A DNA stretch of 62,581 bases, the filler included, from Globobulimina sp. (taxonomy: Eukaryota): the NCBI GenBank assembly GCA_003354225.1. It is 25 parts of 25 records of this genome, joined end to end, with 100 filler letters (N's around TTAATTAATTAA, not from the genome) between each part and the next. Parts side by side here need not be neighbours in the genome. Positions count along the whole stretch, not along the records: positions 60,177 to 62,581 come from PIVH01006870.1; 24 more parts are not named here. One strand, given 5' to 3'. The notes under the pieces were generated by a model, which saw only the letters and a list, made by a program, of their open reading frames with translations, searched no databases and had not been told where the DNA came from. The translations under genes were made by a program, and so were the position numbers. Below are positions 60,709-62,581 of the stretch, in pieces. Position 1 is the stretch's first letter. Each line of letters begins with the position of its first letter.

Positions 60709-62071
60709 ATGGCAGCAGAACAAAAGCGAAAGATTGTTGTGTGTGGTGGAGGTAACGCGTGTCACGTAGCCACTGGTTTTGCAGCAAATTTAAAAGATGC
60801 AGATGTTCATTTAGTATCATTTTTTGGTGACGAAGCCGAGAAATTTGGAGCAGGACTGGCCAAAGCAGGCAGTTTGAAGTTGACTTTTACGCAAAACCAA
60901 GACAAAAATATCAGTGTGGATAAGGACCAAATTAAATGCACCAACGATCCGAAAACCCTTAGAAATGCGGACATGATTTTAATATCATTGCCAGCCTTTT
61001 GTCACCAACAATATTTAGAAGCGATTGCGCAAAATCTAGGAGATAAAAAAGGTACAATTATCGGTATATTCCCAGGTGGCTGGGGCTTGGAATTGCAGTT
61101 TAAATCGGTATTAGGTGCAAAATCTGATGATTTAATCTTATTAACCGGACAAGATTTGCCGTGGGCGTGCAGAATAAAAGAGTTTGGTGCAAGCGTCGAA
61201 ATATTGGGCACAAAGCAACAAATCGGTGCGGGAGTGCTCGTTGGCAAAAATTTAGACGGTAACAAATATACTGTTGACTATGTATTCGATGTCATGAAAA
61301 ATATGATAGGTTTGACGTACACTATATTTTAATTTATTTATACAATTATACATTTATTATAATTAAGGAGCAGCGCCAATATTAGCGTCAATGGGCCATG
61401 TTTTGGCAATGTCATTGAGTACAAACATCGTGGTCCATCCGTCGATAATGTACAGTTTTTGGAAGAGTTGGAACGGGAAACCATTAAAAGAAAAACCATT
61501 ATTTTACCAAGGTTTAACTGAAGAGGGCGCCGATATTATGATAAAAATGAGCGACGAAATTATTGCCATTTCGGACAATGTGGTGAAATATCTGGGCACC
61601 AAAGGCGTTGCGGTGGACATCTCCATCGGTGGCATATTCGAGTGGTATAAGGACGCCTACACCAATCAGGCCAAAGATATCAGTTCGTTGTACAAATTGA
61701 TCCAAACTTGCGCCGCCTACGACGGTCTGACCCATCCTTGCGTTGCCATCACGGACAAATTCGACGAGTCCGACGAGAAAGGGAAAGGCGGCGAGGTGGT
61801 GGGCTATGCTCCAAATTATAAATATCGATATTTGACTGAGGATCTGCCCTTTGGCCTGGTGGTAATTAAGGGATATTCCATGTTATTGCCCAAAGCCTTT
61901 GCGGTGGTCACGCCGGTCTTGGATGAGATTATTGAATGGTGCCAAGCCAAATTGATGAGAGAGTATTTCGTCTACAAAGGCAAACTCATTGTGGCCGTCG
62001 GCAAAGATATCGCCTCTTCGCGCGCACCGCAGGCCTTTGGATTTAATCGGATTGAACAAGCTATCAATTGA
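60709..62071 (+). CDS. Opine dehydrogenase (octopine/nopaline dehydrogenase family), intron 61310-61367
   Basis: Rossmann motif 'VCGGGNACH', 'LPAFCH', 'LPWACRI.EFG..V.ILGTK', 'VHPSIMY', 'PLFYQG', 'AYDGLTHP', 'YRYLTEDLPFGL'. Confidence 0.93.
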
Positions 62072-62581
62072 TTTTATTTATATATCAAAAAATAAATATG
62101 TTTTGTTTGTGTGCATTTTCTTTATTTTTCTTTTGTTTTGTTCTGTCGACATAATTGCGTTTTTCTTTGCTGTTATGTCGCTTTTTTAGTATTCTCAATT
62201 TTGGATATTTCATAAAGAAATATCATTTTTTTGTTTGTGTTTTCCTCATTTTTAATTTATACTTTATATGCGCAATGCGCATTGATCGACATTTTATGTC
62301 CAAGTTACATTCGGTTATACTTTAAACATATTTGTATACAATTCGTTCGTCCTCAATTCGACATTCGCATTACACAAATTACAATTGTCAATGTCACTAA
62401 ATATTATGATTTCGGATCGACCATAAACACTTGCAAATGGTAGAAAAAATACAAGTCCAACCAAATGATGATGCTCCATCGAATTTAGAAAAAATCAGTG
62501 TTCGGATTCCGTAAGCTGGTTTTAATTTTGAACTCTGTAAAATTCAATCGGTCGGAGATCCGAATCCAGGTCACAGATTGC

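Noticed and set aside
1-62581. Uniform 2.4-kb pieces as ciliate-like nanochromosomes
   Set aside because: There are no telomeric repeats at contig ends, most contigs cut genes mid-frame, and the uniform length is due to sorting.

Overview
This window is not continuous DNA. It is 25 size-sorted contigs of about 2.4 kb (2409 down to 2405 nt), joined by an artificial 100-nt spacer (44 N + TTAATTAATTAA + 44 N), so adjacency across spacers means nothing. The DNA is mostly an AT-rich protist nuclear genome with short (about 50-100 nt) GT-AG introns; the gene families and style suggest Foraminifera/Rhizaria (inference). Recognisable genes are RPL9, a Rab GTPase, an opine dehydrogenase, a GH10 xylanase, a 7TM-RGS protein, and VIT-vWA, BTB+C1q-like, Kelch/DOMON, multi-ubiquitin-like, TPR, SAM and ART-fold proteins. 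Mobile DNA includes a Penelope-like RT, an internally deleted LINE, several MITE/hAT-type ends and a Helitron-like fragment. The most notable signal is two contigs with exact 119-nt terminal direct repeats; each closes into a 2288-bp unit (a gene-sized circle or a head-to-tail array), and one holds exactly one spliced gene whose last exon crosses the junction. Also notable: an ATP-grasp gene flanked by 140-160 bp diverged inverted repeats, a pair of unannotated small Cys-rich membrane-protein genes, a strong GTT bias at intron donors, and two chimeric junctions with foreign DNA. All calls come from manual motif reading; no database searches were run.
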